The notes under the pieces are model-generated. The model worked only from the letters and a program-made list of their open reading frames with translations, was not told the origin of the DNA and did no database searches. The position numbers and the translations under genes were made by a program. DNA of 64,000 nt from Escherichia phage OLB35, in the sequence record MH992122.1. The stretch is one strand, 5' to 3'. How positions within the stretch are numbered: position 1 is the first letter of the stretch; every line of letters starts with the position of its first letter. This document shows positions 45,157 to 54,576 of the stretch, in pieces.

Positions 45157-46440
45157 ATGAGTAAAATCCAAAAATTATTGCGTGAATCTACAACGTCTAC
45201 TAGCAACTCAATTGGTCGCCCAAATCTCGTTGCTTTGACTCGCGCTACGACTAAATTAATATATTCTGACATTGTAGCAACACAAAGAACTAATCAACCT
45301 GTTGCTGCTTTTTATGGTATTAAATATCTTAACCCAGACAACGAATTAACGTTTAAAACTGGTGCTACTTATGCAGGTGAAGCTGGATATGTAGACCGAG
45401 AAAAAATTACCGAGCTCACAGAAGAATCAAAAGCCACACTAAATAAAGGTGATTTTTTCAAATATAATAATATCGTTTATAAAGTGTTAGAAGATACACC
45501 ATTTGCAGATATTCAGGAAAGTGATCTAGAATTAGCTCTTCAGATTGCGGTCGTTCATTTAAAGGTACGGCTATTTTCAGATGCAGCGGTAACAAGCAAA
45601 TTTGAAAGCTCTGGTAGCGAAATTTCTGATGCAAGATTCCAGATTAATAAATGGCAAACTTCAGTCAAATCTCGTAAACTTAAAACTGGCCTCACGGTTG
45701 AATTAGCGCAAGATTTAGAAGCGAATGGATTTGATGCCCCTAACTTCTTAGAAGATTTGCTTGCTACTGAAATGGCTGATGAAATTAATAAAGATATTCT
45801 TCAGTCTTTAATTACTGTATCGAAACGTTATAAAGTTACTGGAATTACTGACACCGGATTTATTGACTTGAGCTATGCTTCCGCTCCAGAAGCAGGTCGT
45901 TCGTTATATCGAATGGTGTGTGAAATGGTATCACACATTCAAAAAGAGTCAACTTATACTGCAACGTTTTGCGTAGCTTCAGCTCGTGCAGCTGCTATTC
46001 TTGCTGCTTCAGGTTGGTTAAAACATAAACCAGAAGATGATAAGTATCTTTCACAAAATGCTTATGGATTCTTGGCAAATGGATTACCTCTTTACTGCGA
46101 TACTAACAGTCCATTAGATTATGTGATCGTTGGCGTAGTAGAAAATATCGGCGAAAAAGAGATTGTAGGGTCCATCTTTTATGCTCCATACACTGAAGGA
46201 ATGGATTTAGACGACCCGGAACATGTCGGTGCATTTAAAGTTGTAGTTGATCCGGAAAGCTTACAACCGTCTATAGGTTTATTGGTTAGATATGCTTTAT
46301 CAGCAAATCCTTACACAGTAGCAAAAGATGAAAAAGAAGCGAGAGTAATTGATGGCGGGGACATGGATAAAATGGCAGGACGTTCAGACTTGTCTGTTTT
46401 ACTCGGTGTTAAATTGCCTAAAATTATTATAGATGAATAA
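45157..46440 (+). CDS. 24: gp24 head vertex protein
   Basis: 427 aa, same length as T4 gp24. Confidence 0.9.
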   Translation: MSKIQKLLRESTTSTSNSIGRPNLVALTRATTKLIYSDIVATQRTNQPVAAFYGIKYLNPDNELTFKTGATYAGEAGYVDREKITELTEESKATLNKGDFFKYNNIVYKVLEDTPFADIQESDLELALQIAVVHLKVRLFSDAAVTSKFESSGSEISDARFQINKWQTSVKSRKLKTGLTVELAQDLEANGFDAPNFLEDLLATEMADEINKDILQSLITVSKRYKVTGITDTGFIDLSYASAPEAGRSLYRMVCEMVSHIQKESTYTATFCVASARAAAILAASGWLKHKPEDDKYLSQNAYGFLANGLPLYCDTNSPLDYVIVGVVENIGEKEIVGSIFYAPYTEGMDLDDPEHVGAFKVVVDPESLQPSIGLLVRYALSANPYTVAKDEKEARVIDGGDMDKMAGRSDLSVLLGVKLPKIIIDE

Positions 46441-46442
46441 AC

Positions 46443-46470
46443 GAAAAAGGGACCTTACGGTCCCTTTTTC
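46443..46470. terminator. bidirectional rho-independent terminator
   Basis: AAAAAGGGACC-TTAC-GGTCCCTTTTT between convergent genes 24 and rnlB. Confidence 0.55.
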
Positions 46471-46471
46471 G

Positions 46472-47479
46472 TTATGATACTAATTCAATCCATGCAGGAC
46501 GCAGAACATCTTGCACCATTCGGACTAATTCTTTCTTAACAAGATTCGGATTATCAGATGATGTTAATACAATACCTTCACGAGAAGTTTCTTCCAGAAT
46601 ATCTTGAACAGTCAATCCCATCACTTTGCCAAAATCTTTTGGCGTTACAGCCCCAATCTTAGAAATCACATTGTTAACACGATTTAATGTAACATAACAA
46701 GCTAGAACATCAAGCAAGTTTTTGTCAATTTCGGTTAATGGAACCTGAGTTTTAATAGGCTTATCAGACTTTTTCTTTTCACTGAATTTAGAGTTCTTGC
46801 ACTTAATAGCTACACGAGTACCGTTTGGCAGCCATTTAGGGAAACAAGGCTTCAGAACATAACCTTCTGCAGTATTATCACCAATAACATTAGCATCAAA
46901 TACACAATTATTTGCTTCGACAAGGTCTTCCGATGCCGTAGTGTTATAAGCGGCTAAGACGGAATCAAGGTCATTTGGAATCATGATAAGAGAATCAAAT
47001 GTTCCACGACCAAGCATTGGTGCCATTTTAAAACCGAATTCATTACAGAAATCTTGCATTTCGTAATCACTCATGTAATAAGTATCACCGCTTTCCGTGT
47101 TTATGATGATATCGAATACATAGAAATCTTTTTCACCGTAGTCAACACCTTTCTGAATTCCACCACCAGCGAATTCACCAAAGATTTGATATGTCACTGG
47201 CACTGAAGTTGAAATACTGCCCATGACTTCTTGAACACCTTTAATAGCCTTATCATACTTCTTGAGTACGATTTCATAACCATAAAAATCTTCTGCTGGA
47301 AGAATAGGGCCTGTGCGCTTGGCGCATGTGACGTTGTCACGTTCAATTATTAACGAGAAGTTAGTCCCATGGATTTTCTCACGTGCTACCCAAACACCAG
47401 TAGTCAAACCATTAGTGTAGAGTTTTTCAATAAACTTAGAGTTGTAGTGGTTTTCAAGACTGCTGTATTTCTTAAACAT
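46472..47479 (-). CDS. rnlB: RNA ligase 2
   Basis: 335 aa; [20 protein letters not shown]...KIHGTNFS (KxHG ligase motif) closely matches remembered T4 Rnl2. Confidence 0.9.
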   Translation of the reverse strand: MFKKYSSLENHYNSKFIEKLYTNGLTTGVWVAREKIHGTNFSLIIERDNVTCAKRTGPILPAEDFYGYEIVLKKYDKAIKGVQEVMGSISTSVPVTYQIFGEFAGGGIQKGVDYGEKDFYVFDIIINTESGDTYYMSDYEMQDFCNEFGFKMAPMLGRGTFDSLIMIPNDLDSVLAAYNTTASEDLVEANNCVFDANVIGDNTAEGYVLKPCFPKWLPNGTRVAIKCKNSKFSEKKKSDKPIKTQVPLTEIDKNLLDVLACYVTLNRVNNVISKIGAVTPKDFGKVMGLTVQDILEETSREGIVLTSSDNPNLVKKELVRMVQDVLRPAWIELVS

Positions 47480-47570
47480 AAATCACCATTATAAATAATA
47501 ATATCAAAATAATTAGCAGAGACTCTATCTCCGACCCGATGTTTAATTTGAATGGATAGAACCTAGATTC

Positions 47571-47597
47571 ATTATACCATCAAAAAATGTAAAGCAT
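47571..47597 (-). promoter_or_regulatory. candidate MotA-dependent middle promoter for rnlB
   Basis: minus strand ATGCTTTA then 13 nt then TATAAT. Confidence 0.3.
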
Positions 47598-47598
47598 A

Positions 47599-47850
47599 TT
47601 AGAACTTGATTTCTATCCAATGTCCATCACGTTGGTCATGATTAATTTTGTACTGAAAGCCGTTATCACGAAGCCATTGACCGACTTGCTCGGTGATAGT
47701 TAAATCATTCTTTGATGGATAGTACGTGAATTGTGTCTGGCCTTTGTCAGCGGCTTTCTCTGCCATCACAGAGAAGTTAGTAATAAAATCACTCAACAAA
47801 TTGGCTTTAGTGGCCAGAGCCCTTTCTCTTAATTCCTGTGCAAAACTCAT
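47599..47850 (-). CDS. hypothetical protein (T4 24.2 position)
   Basis: 83 aa ORF. Confidence 0.5.
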   Translation of the reverse strand: MSFAQELRERALATKANLLSDFITNFSVMAEKAADKGQTQFTYYPSKNDLTITEQVGQWLRDNGFQYKINHDQRDGHWIEIKF

Positions 47851-48047
47851 TTCTTCACCTTTTTGTTAATCAAACGTTTACGGTATACAACTTTTTCTTT
47901 TGCTTTAAACTTTGACCGAGCTGTCTCGGCTTTAGTCCATAGTAATCCAACTTCTTTAGGTTGTAAACCAATTTTTTGAGAAATTTCTACGAATGAAAAT
48001 CCCGCCTCATGTAATGTATAAACTTCAACTTCAGCTCTCATAATCAA
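47847..48047 (-). CDS. hypothetical small basic protein, possible HTH (T4 24.3 position)
   Basis: 66 aa, Lys-rich C-terminus. Confidence 0.45.
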   Translation of the reverse strand: MIMRAEVEVYTLHEAGFSFVEISQKIGLQPKEVGLLWTKAETARSKFKAKEKVVYRKRLINKKVKK

Positions 48048-48121
48048 TCCCGTATTATTTGGTTTGTGCCATTATATACATCAATCTCAAGTTGTGTTTT
48101 GTATGCTTTAAAAACGAAGAA

Positions 48122-48137
48122 AGGGGCCGAAGCCCCT
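48122..48137 (-). terminator. hairpin AGGGGC-CGAA-GCCCCT downstream of hoc
   Basis: 6-bp GC stem with tetraloop; T-rich on the minus strand. Confidence 0.4.
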
Positions 48138-48142
48138 TACGA

Positions 48143-49273
48143 TTATGGATATGTATAGATGATACCAGTTTCCAAAGCAGTTTTATGGATGATGTATCCA
48201 TTACGTGATTCTTGAACATCAACTTCTGGATAGTCTTTCATCATCTTCTGAAGAGTGTAACGATCCAGGTAGTATTTACTATCTGGATCTTCAGTTTTCC
48301 AATCTTTACCTTCTTCAGTCATTTTTTGGATTTCATCCATAACCCACCAACCGCACCAGATGTAAGCTGAAGTACGATGTGGAAGAGGATGAACATAAGG
48401 TAATTCACCTTCTGGTTCAATTGGAGTCCGTTCAGCAATAACAACTTCAGCGGTTGAACTAATTGTCTTTGAAGTATAATTATCTTTAGTTAATACTGCT
48501 TCAACTTTAATTGTATGAGTACCCGCTGAGGAGGTATCAATACTGTAAGTATCGGTAGAATTACTTTCTGCTACGTTGTCTTTCTTCCAAGTATAAACAA
48601 TAGCAGTACCACTAGGTTGACTGCTTACAGATGCTGTTAAAGTTGTTGCTGTTCAATAATGTTGCCGCCGGAGAAGCCGGAGTAACAGCGATGGTAGAAT
48701 TATTGTCTTCTTATTAACAGTGATAGTTGTTGACGCTTCAGCTATTTCTGGATTTCCTGCGGAAAGTGCCGTAATTTGGGCAACACATTTAATTTTTTTA
48801 ACTCCGCTTGTGGTAGGAGTGTAATTGAATGTAGCAGAAGTTGCTTCGCTCACAGGAGAACCGTCAACGTGCCATTGATACGTAGCAGATGCGCCTGACG
48901 GTTGAGAAGCTAAAGCCGCAGTAAATTTAACAGCTGTTCCGATTACTCCAGCAGCAGGGCTATCAGGAGTTATAGCCAGAGTAGTTGTCTGAGTTTTATT
49001 TTTAACTGTGATAGTTGCAGTAGTTTCTGCTGTTTCAGCTTCAGCTTCTGGAACTGTATTTGTTGCAACTACTTTAATAGTCTTTTGACCGGCAGGTCCT
49101 TTTAGAGTATAATCCATTGTAGCAGCCGTAGAATCCTGCGCTATACCATCCAAAGTCCAGACGTTAGTAATAGTACCATCTGGAGTTTCACCTGCAGGTG
49201 TAGCAGTGAATGTTTGTGAACCTCCAATAACCCCTGTAGGAGTTAAAGGAGATAACGTGACAGTGAACGCCAT
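48143..49273 (-). pseudogene. hoc: hoc (Ig-like outer capsid decoration protein), disrupted
   Basis: N-terminal Ig-like repeats and the C-terminal capsid-binding domain (MDEIQKMTEEGKDWK...) are in one frame, interrupted by TGA at 48653-48655; about 17 codons before the stop read as an Ig-like segment only in another frame, implying a -1/+1 indel pair; total span 1131 nt as I remember T4 hoc. Confidence 0.7.
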
Positions 49274-49282
49274 AAGTTATCC

Positions 49283-49951
49283 TTATTTTAATGTTACGAA
49301 AGAAGAATTACGAGTTTCACGAATTAGAACTGATCCATCGCGATTAATATAATAAATTAAGCTAAATAATGTTTGGTGGGCAGAAGCGTGCACAAAACTA
49401 GTTGGGCGAGATTTCCAATCTGGGGTTTCGGCTATCCATTGATAAATCCACCAAGGAACAGTAACATACCCTGGGCCTTTGCCTAATTTAATGAGTGTAG
49501 GACTAAAATTTTCAGGCAGAACAAATTTTACTTCTTTATTTACCTCTGACTCAGGCTCTTTTTCAGATTCAACAACCTGAGTAATTGCTTCTTCGAATTT
49601 ATCATGGTCGAATTCTTTTTCTTGTTCGACAACTTCTAATACTTCAACTTGGTCTGTTGGAGAATCAAACAACAGAATAGCTTCTTCTTTAACTTCTTCG
49701 TTGGTGAAATTAACACCGTCCACATCATCTGCGGCAGTAATTAAATCGGTGATAGATAATCCATCAGTTTCAGGTAACGGTTCATCAGCCAGTGCGTTAA
49801 GAGCTTCTTCGATATCAATAACAATATTATCGAATGATTTTGTTTTCTTAACACTAATGCCAAATTGTTCCGCATATTCAAACAGTTTAGCTTTGGCTTC
49901 CTTTTTATCAGAAAGAGCACGTAACTCTTCAATATAGTCTTTATCGATCAT
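49283..49951 (-). CDS. inh: inh-like protein (by position)
   Basis: 222 aa acidic protein between hoc and uvsW, as inh is in T4. Confidence 0.45.
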   Translation of the reverse strand: MIDKDYIEELRALSDKKEAKAKLFEYAEQFGISVKKTKSFDNIVIDIEEALNALADEPLPETDGLSITDLITAADDVDGVNFTNEEVKEEAILLFDSPTDQVEVLEVVEQEKEFDHDKFEEAITQVVESEKEPESEVNKEVKFVLPENFSPTLIKLGKGPGYVTVPWWIYQWIAETPDWKSRPTSFVHASAHQTLFSLIYYINRDGSVLIRETRNSSFVTLK

Positions 49952-49964
49952 GGTATTTCCTCAT

Positions 49965-49972
49965 TATAAATA
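49965..49972 (+). promoter_or_regulatory. late promoter TATAAATA (uvsW)
   Basis: exact TATAAATA 30 nt upstream of the uvsW ATG. Confidence 0.5.
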
Positions 49973-50001
49973 TAACTATATTTATTACATGGTAATTTGA
50001 C

Positions 50002-51516
50002 ATGACTGACATTAAAGTACATTTTTATGATTTTAGTCACGTGCGCATTGAATGCGACGAAAGCGTGTTCTATGAATTACGCGACTTTTTTAGCTTTGAA
50101 GCCGATGGGTACAAATTCAACCCGCGTTACAAATATGGGAACTGGGATGGTAGAATTCGACTTTTAGATTACAATCGTTTGTTACCATATGGACTTGTAG
50201 GACAAATAAAAAAGTTCTGTAACAATATGAGTTATTCTGTATGGATTGACCCTAAAATCTTTGAGACCGAAGACCTTACCAGGGAAGATTTTGACGCATG
50301 GCTTTCTAAACAAGAAATTTATTCAGGCAACGCCAAAATCGAACCACATTGGTATCAAAAAGATGCAGTATATGAAGGTCTAGTTAATCGTCGTCGAATT
50401 TTAAACCTTCCGACATCAGCAGGTAAATCACTAATCCAAGCACTTTTAGCTCGATATTATCTAGAGAACTATGAAGGTAAAATTCTCATTATCGTCCCTA
50501 CAACAGCATTGACAACCCAGATGGCTAATGATTTTGTTGATTATCGCTTGTTTAGTCATTCGATGATTAAGAAAATTGGCGGTGGTGCCGATAAAGCGGA
50601 CAAATCTAAAAACGACGCTCCAATTATTGTTGGCACATGGCAAACGGTAGTTAAGCAGCCTAAAGAATGGTTCTCTCAGTTCGGTATGATGATGAACGAT
50701 GAATGCCACTTAGCAACAGGCAAAAGTATTTCTTCAATCATCTCAGGATTAAATAATTGTATGTTTAAATTCGGTTTATCCGGCTCATTAAGAGACGGAA
50801 AAGCCAATGTAATGCAGTACGTAGGTATGTTCGGCGAAATCTTCCGTCCTGTTAGCACGTCTAAATTAATGGAAGACGGACAGGTAACTGAGCTTAAGAT
50901 TAATAGTATTTTCCTTCGTTATCCGGACGAATTCGCCACTAAATTAAAAGGTAAAACATACCAAGAAGAAGTTAAAATTATTACCGGACTAAAACGACGT
51001 ACAAAGTGGATTGCCCAACTTTCAGTCAAATTGGCCAAGAAAGACGAGAACGCCTTTGTAATGTTTAAACACGTTACACACGGTAAAGAAATATTTGAAG
51101 CTATTAAAGAGCTTGGATACGAAAAAGTTTATTACGTATCAGGTGAAGTTGATACTGAAACACGTAACGCGCTTAAAGTCATGGCAGAAAATGGTAAAGG
51201 CATTATTATTGTCGCATCATATGGAGTATTCTCTACTGGTATTTCAGTCAAGAATCTTCATCATGTTATTTTTGCCCATGGTGTTAAATCAAAAATTATC
51301 GTACTTCAAACAGTAGGTCGTGTGCTTCGTAAGCATGGTTCTAAAGCTGTTGCTACAGTTTGGGATCTCATCGATGACGCAGGTGTAAAACCTAAATCAT
51401 TAAATACTAAAAAGAAGTATACTCATCTTAATTACTTGTTAAAACACGGTATTGATCGTATCCAACGTTACGCTGATGAGAAATTTAACTATGTAATGAA
51501 AACAATTAATTTATAA
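50002..51516 (+). CDS. uvsW: UvsW DNA/RNA helicase
   Basis: 504 aa; MTDIKVHFYDFSHVRIECDE... matches T4 UvsW; helicase motifs. Confidence 0.9.
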   Translation: MTDIKVHFYDFSHVRIECDESVFYELRDFFSFEADGYKFNPRYKYGNWDGRIRLLDYNRLLPYGLVGQIKKFCNNMSYSVWIDPKIFETEDLTREDFDAWLSKQEIYSGNAKIEPHWYQKDAVYEGLVNRRRILNLPTSAGKSLIQALLARYYLENYEGKILIIVPTTALTTQMANDFVDYRLFSHSMIKKIGGGADKADKSKNDAPIIVGTWQTVVKQPKEWFSQFGMMMNDECHLATGKSISSIISGLNNCMFKFGLSGSLRDGKANVMQYVGMFGEIFRPVSTSKLMEDGQVTELKINSIFLRYPDEFATKLKGKTYQEEVKIITGLKRRTKWIAQLSVKLAKKDENAFVMFKHVTHGKEIFEAIKELGYEKVYYVSGEVDTETRNALKVMAENGKGIIIVASYGVFSTGISVKNLHHVIFAHGVKSKIIVLQTVGRVLRKHGSKAVATVWDLIDDAGVKPKSLNTKKKYTHLNYLLKHGIDRIQRYADEKFNYVMKTINL

Positions 51517-51524
51517 GGGCTTCG

Positions 51525-51540
51525 GCCCTTAGGAGATAAA
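51525..51540 (+). other. stem-loop AAGGGC-TTCG-GCCCTT upstream of the uvsW.1 RBS
   Basis: perfect hairpin with UUCG loop. Confidence 0.35.
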
Positions 51541-51541
51541 A

Positions 51542-51775
51542 ATGGTACTTGAATTTAAACAATTTTTATACGAAGCATCTATTGACGAATTCATGGGTAA
51601 AATTGCTAGTTGTCATACCTTAGAAGGGCTTGAAGAATTGGAAGCTTATTATAAGAAACGTATAAAAGAAACGGAATTAAAAGATACAGACGATATTTCT
51701 GTCAGGGATGCCTTAGCAGGTAAGCGTGTCGAACTTGAAGGCGACAATGATGAGGATGAGGAAGAAGACTTCTAA
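51542..51775 (+). CDS. uvsW.1-like small acidic protein
   Basis: 77 aa; position after uvsW. Confidence 0.55.
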   Translation: MVLEFKQFLYEASIDEFMGKIASCHTLEGLEELEAYYKKRIKETELKDTDDISVRDALAGKRVELEGDNDEDEEEDF

Positions 51776-51784
51776 TTAAAAAAA

Positions 51785-51806
51785 GGCCCGACCTTTTTGG
51801 AAGGGC
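51785..51806 (-). terminator. hairpin GGCCC...GGGCC with a T-run on the minus strand
   Basis: flanked by an A7 run on the plus strand; 3' of the minus-strand small ORF. Confidence 0.35.
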
Positions 51807-51833
51807 CAAAAACCATAGGCAAAAAAGGTAACA

Positions 51834-52001
51834 CTATAGTAAAAGTTGGGTTTCGTTCAATTGCTCTTCTGAACTTTCTGAAACCGGCAATTGTTGTACA
51901 TAATTATAACAAGGACCAGGATGTGCTGGACCTTTGTCTGTTTCAACAACCAATGCAGAATCGATTGGAGTTTTACAGACAACACAAATCTTATCTGACA
52001 T
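51834..52001 (-). CDS. small Cys-containing protein (uvsY.-2-like)
   Basis: 55 aa MSDKICVVCKTPIDS...PGPCYNY; late promoter just upstream; not in the ORF track (under 60 aa). Confidence 0.4.
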   Translation of the reverse strand: MSDKICVVCKTPIDSALVVETDKGPAHPGPCYNYVQQLPVSESSEEQLNETQLLL

Positions 52002-52030
52002 GATTGCCTCCTAAGTTGAAATTACATATC

Positions 52031-52038
52031 TATTTATA
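52031..52038 (-). promoter_or_regulatory. late promoter TATAAATA on minus strand
   Basis: plus-strand TATTTATA 30 nt upstream of the ATG at 52001. Confidence 0.4.
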
Positions 52039-52258
52039 CTACTCGCATGCACATATCAATACCCATATCTTTTGTATAAAAATACTCGTCGATGTACCCG
52101 GCAAACTTCCCTTTAATATAAAGGACGTCTTCACCACAAGGGTGGTCTGCCAGGATACGAATATCCTGACGTCGTAGACGATACTTTTCCATTAAGAATT
52201 TAATTTCTGTTTCAAATTCTTCATCATTATTAAAGGCATCTTCAATTGAATAACGCAT
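52034..52258 (-). CDS. uvsY.-1-like protein
   Basis: 74 aa ORF immediately downstream of uvsY. Confidence 0.5.
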   Translation of the reverse strand: MRYSIEDAFNNDEEFETEIKFLMEKYRLRRQDIRILADHPCGEDVLYIKGKFAGYIDEYFYTKDMGIDMCMRVV

Positions 52259-52671
52259 TATTGCCCCGCTTCAAATTCTCGCATATCTTGGATATGTTTA
52301 AGTGCAAAACTACGAGACTTGACTGCATCAAGTGCACCACTACAGAACTCAAGTAAAATTCCCCAGTATTGTAAAGTAGTCTCTATTTTAAGCACATCTT
52401 TATCTGCAGCCAGGACAGTTTTCATTTCAGATTTCTCATATCGGTCCATACTGAATTCATCACCGTCACCTCGTCCCGAGTAGTAGTCTAATCTTGCTTT
52501 TAGAGCAGTTTTCTTCTGAGTCTCTATACGCAACATTTCTTTACGAATAAATGAGTGTTTACGCAGCCATTTGCTGTATAACTTAACATTATTCGCCGTC
52601 TCATATTGCAACTTTGTCGTATCAATAGCTAAGTCTGCGTCTAACTCTTCCTGTAAATCTTCCAGCTTCAT
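52258..52671 (-). CDS. uvsY: UvsY recombination mediator
   Basis: 137 aa from MKLEDLQEEL; ...EMLRIETQKKTALKARLDYYSGRGDGDEFSMDRYEKSEMK... matches T4 UvsY. Confidence 0.85.
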   Translation of the reverse strand: MKLEDLQEELDADLAIDTTKLQYETANNVKLYSKWLRKHSFIRKEMLRIETQKKTALKARLDYYSGRGDGDEFSMDRYEKSEMKTVLAADKDVLKIETTLQYWGILLEFCSGALDAVKSRSFALKHIQDMREFEAGQ

Positions 52672-52726
52672 AATGTTCTCTCTTTTAACTAATAATCTCC
52701 CGGCTGTATCGGAAGGACCTAAAACC

Positions 52727-52752
52727 ATTATACATAGGTTGCCTTGAAGCAT
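52727..52752 (-). promoter_or_regulatory. MotA-dependent middle promoter for uvsY
   Basis: minus strand ATGCTTCA (MotA box) then 12 nt then TATAAT, inside the 3' end of gene 25. Confidence 0.55.
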
Positions 52753-53150
52753 TACACTCTATTGCTTGATGCTAACTGAAGTTTGATTTGTTCGATATCA
52801 TCAGGGTTATCTACGACCGAAAATCTAATCTCTACTATAACCGTATAGTCATCATATACTGGCGTTACACTTACAGAAAGTTTGTCGATGCGTGGCTCAT
52901 AGTTACGGACGGCTGCTTGGATATTACGCTCAATAGTATCGGCTGTAAGTGGTGTCATGTTCTCGAAAAGTTCATCAACCAAATCGCATCCAAATTCAGG
53001 GTCGAAGGGGCGTGAGCCTTTTCTAGTTGTCACTATGCCAAGAAGACTATTTTTAATAGAACGAAGTCCTACAGAACGAGCAACGTCCTTGTTCCAATCC
53101 ATACGCATTTCTGGGTCGATATCTGAATAAAGTTTATTGATATTAGACAT
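52752..53150 (-). CDS. 25: gp25 baseplate wedge
   Basis: 132 aa, same length as T4 gp25. Confidence 0.85.
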   Translation of the reverse strand: MSNINKLYSDIDPEMRMDWNKDVARSVGLRSIKNSLLGIVTTRKGSRPFDPEFGCDLVDELFENMTPLTADTIERNIQAAVRNYEPRIDKLSVSVTPVYDDYTVIVEIRFSVVDNPDDIEQIKLQLASSNRV

Positions 53151-53776
53151 TATAGTAACTCAAAGAATTCTTTGAGGCCTCGTATTGTGTGAACGTGTGA
53201 CGCCCCACATTTGGGACATTTAATAGGGGTTGCCAGATAAATTGATGGCGACACCAAAAGATTTTTAATATTGATCATGTCATCTTCTGTTATAAGGCCG
53301 TAAAGGTCGTTTATTTCTGCTTCAGTTAAATCTTCAACAGGGATGGACTCTCCATTGACAAAAACAGCCTCAATACATGAAGCAATCATTAATGCGATAT
53401 TTTTATCATCAAATAATTTAGGTTGACGGAACTTAATTTTAATACCGCTGAACGAATACCAGGGATCGGCCTGTTCATCTAATTGAGTGTGCAATAAATT
53501 CATATAGACTTGAAATGAATGCCCACAGGAACAATTCCAGGTGTGTTCTTGATTCACTTCACCTAATGAATGCGCCCAAAGATTTACCAACAATAGCTCG
53601 GCTTCTTGTTTAGACAAGTTTTTAGCATTAGAGCAATTAGTGATAATATTGTTCACTGCTGATTCAATAGTACCAGTAGCCCGAGCACCTATGAGCCCTA
53701 AATATTCTTTTAAAGTAAAGGCCCTACAATTCACTTCTTTATCACCTAAACGTACGGTAAACGTATATTTGTACAT
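53150..53776 (-). CDS. 26: gp26 baseplate hub
   Basis: 208 aa, same length as T4 gp26. Confidence 0.8.
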   Translation of the reverse strand: MYKYTFTVRLGDKEVNCRAFTLKEYLGLIGARATGTIESAVNNIITNCSNAKNLSKQEAELLLVNLWAHSLGEVNQEHTWNCSCGHSFQVYMNLLHTQLDEQADPWYSFSGIKIKFRQPKLFDDKNIALMIASCIEAVFVNGESIPVEDLTEAEINDLYGLITEDDMINIKNLLVSPSIYLATPIKCPKCGASHVHTIRGLKEFFELL

Positions 53777-53794
53777 GTTAACTCCTTTATTGTG

Positions 53795-53806
53795 TATTTA
53801 TAAATA
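53795..53806. promoter_or_regulatory. overlapping divergent late promoters (TATTTATAAATA)
   Basis: plus-strand TATAAATA (53799-53806) for gene 51 and minus-strand TATAAATA (53795-53802) for gene 26 share 4 nt. Confidence 0.5.
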
Positions 53807-53823
53807 ATAGAAAAGGAGTAATT

Positions 53824-54576
53824 ATGGCTAATATAATTCGTTGTAAATTACCGGATGGTGTTCATCGTTTTAAGCCGTTCACTGTGGCGGATTATAGAGA
53901 CTTTTTACTAGTTAGAAATGATATCGAACATCGTTCGCCGCAAGAACAAAAAGAAATAATTGCCGATCTGATTGATGATTATTTTGGCGAGTACCCTAAA
54001 ACATGGCAACCATTTATATTCCTGCAAGTTTTTGCAGGATCTATAGGCAAAACAAAAGTTCCCGTTATTTTCACTTGCCCTAAATGCTCTAAAGAAAAAA
54101 CTGCACCATTTGAGATATATCAAAAAGAACTAGTCGAACCTGAACTTGATGTTGCTGGTATAAAAATACGTTTTTCTTTCCCTGAAAAGTTTTATGACAA
54201 TAAAGCATTAATGATAAGTGAAAACATAAAAGAAATATATTATAATGATGAATGGTACCCATGGAATGATTTGACTGAAGAGAACCAAATCCAAGTAATA
54301 GAAGCAATAGACATTGACTCTCTCGAGAAGGTTATTGCTTCTATGAACCCTATTAATTTGACCCTTAGATTAGGTTGTTGTGAACGCCATGTTAAAACAT
54401 ATACTGATATCTTAGAGGTTTTTAAATTGTTAGTTAACCCTGATGAGATTTTTACATTCTATCAGATAAACCATTCACTAGTAAAGAGTCAATACACATT
54501 GGATTCTATTATGCAAATGATTCCTGTTGAACGTGGTATTGCTTTAACATTAGTAGAAAAGGACCATAAAAAATGA
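53824..54576 (+). CDS. 51: gp51 baseplate hub assembly catalyst
   Basis: 250 aa (T4 249); position. Confidence 0.8.
   Translation: MANIIRCKLPDGVHRFKPFTVADYRDFLLVRNDIEHRSPQEQKEIIADLIDDYFGEYPKTWQPFIFLQVFAGSIGKTKVPVIFTCPKCSKEKTAPFEIYQKELVEPELDVAGIKIRFSFPEKFYDNKALMISENIKEIYYNDEWYPWNDLTEENQIQVIEAIDIDSLEKVIASMNPINLTLRLGCCERHVKTYTDILEVFKLLVNPDEIFTFYQINHSLVKSQYTLDSIMQMIPVERGIALTLVEKDHKK

Noticed and set aside
47496-47503. Plus-strand TATAAATA just upstream of the rnlB start region
   Set aside because: Oriented away from rnlB with no plus-strand gene for about 2.5 kb; an AT-rich 8-mer is expected by chance a few times in 64 kb.
51797-52003. 68-aa plus-strand ORF after uvsW.1
   Set aside because: Begins inside a terminator-like hairpin with no RBS; the minus strand here encodes a better-supported 55-aa Cys-containing ORF with a late promoter.
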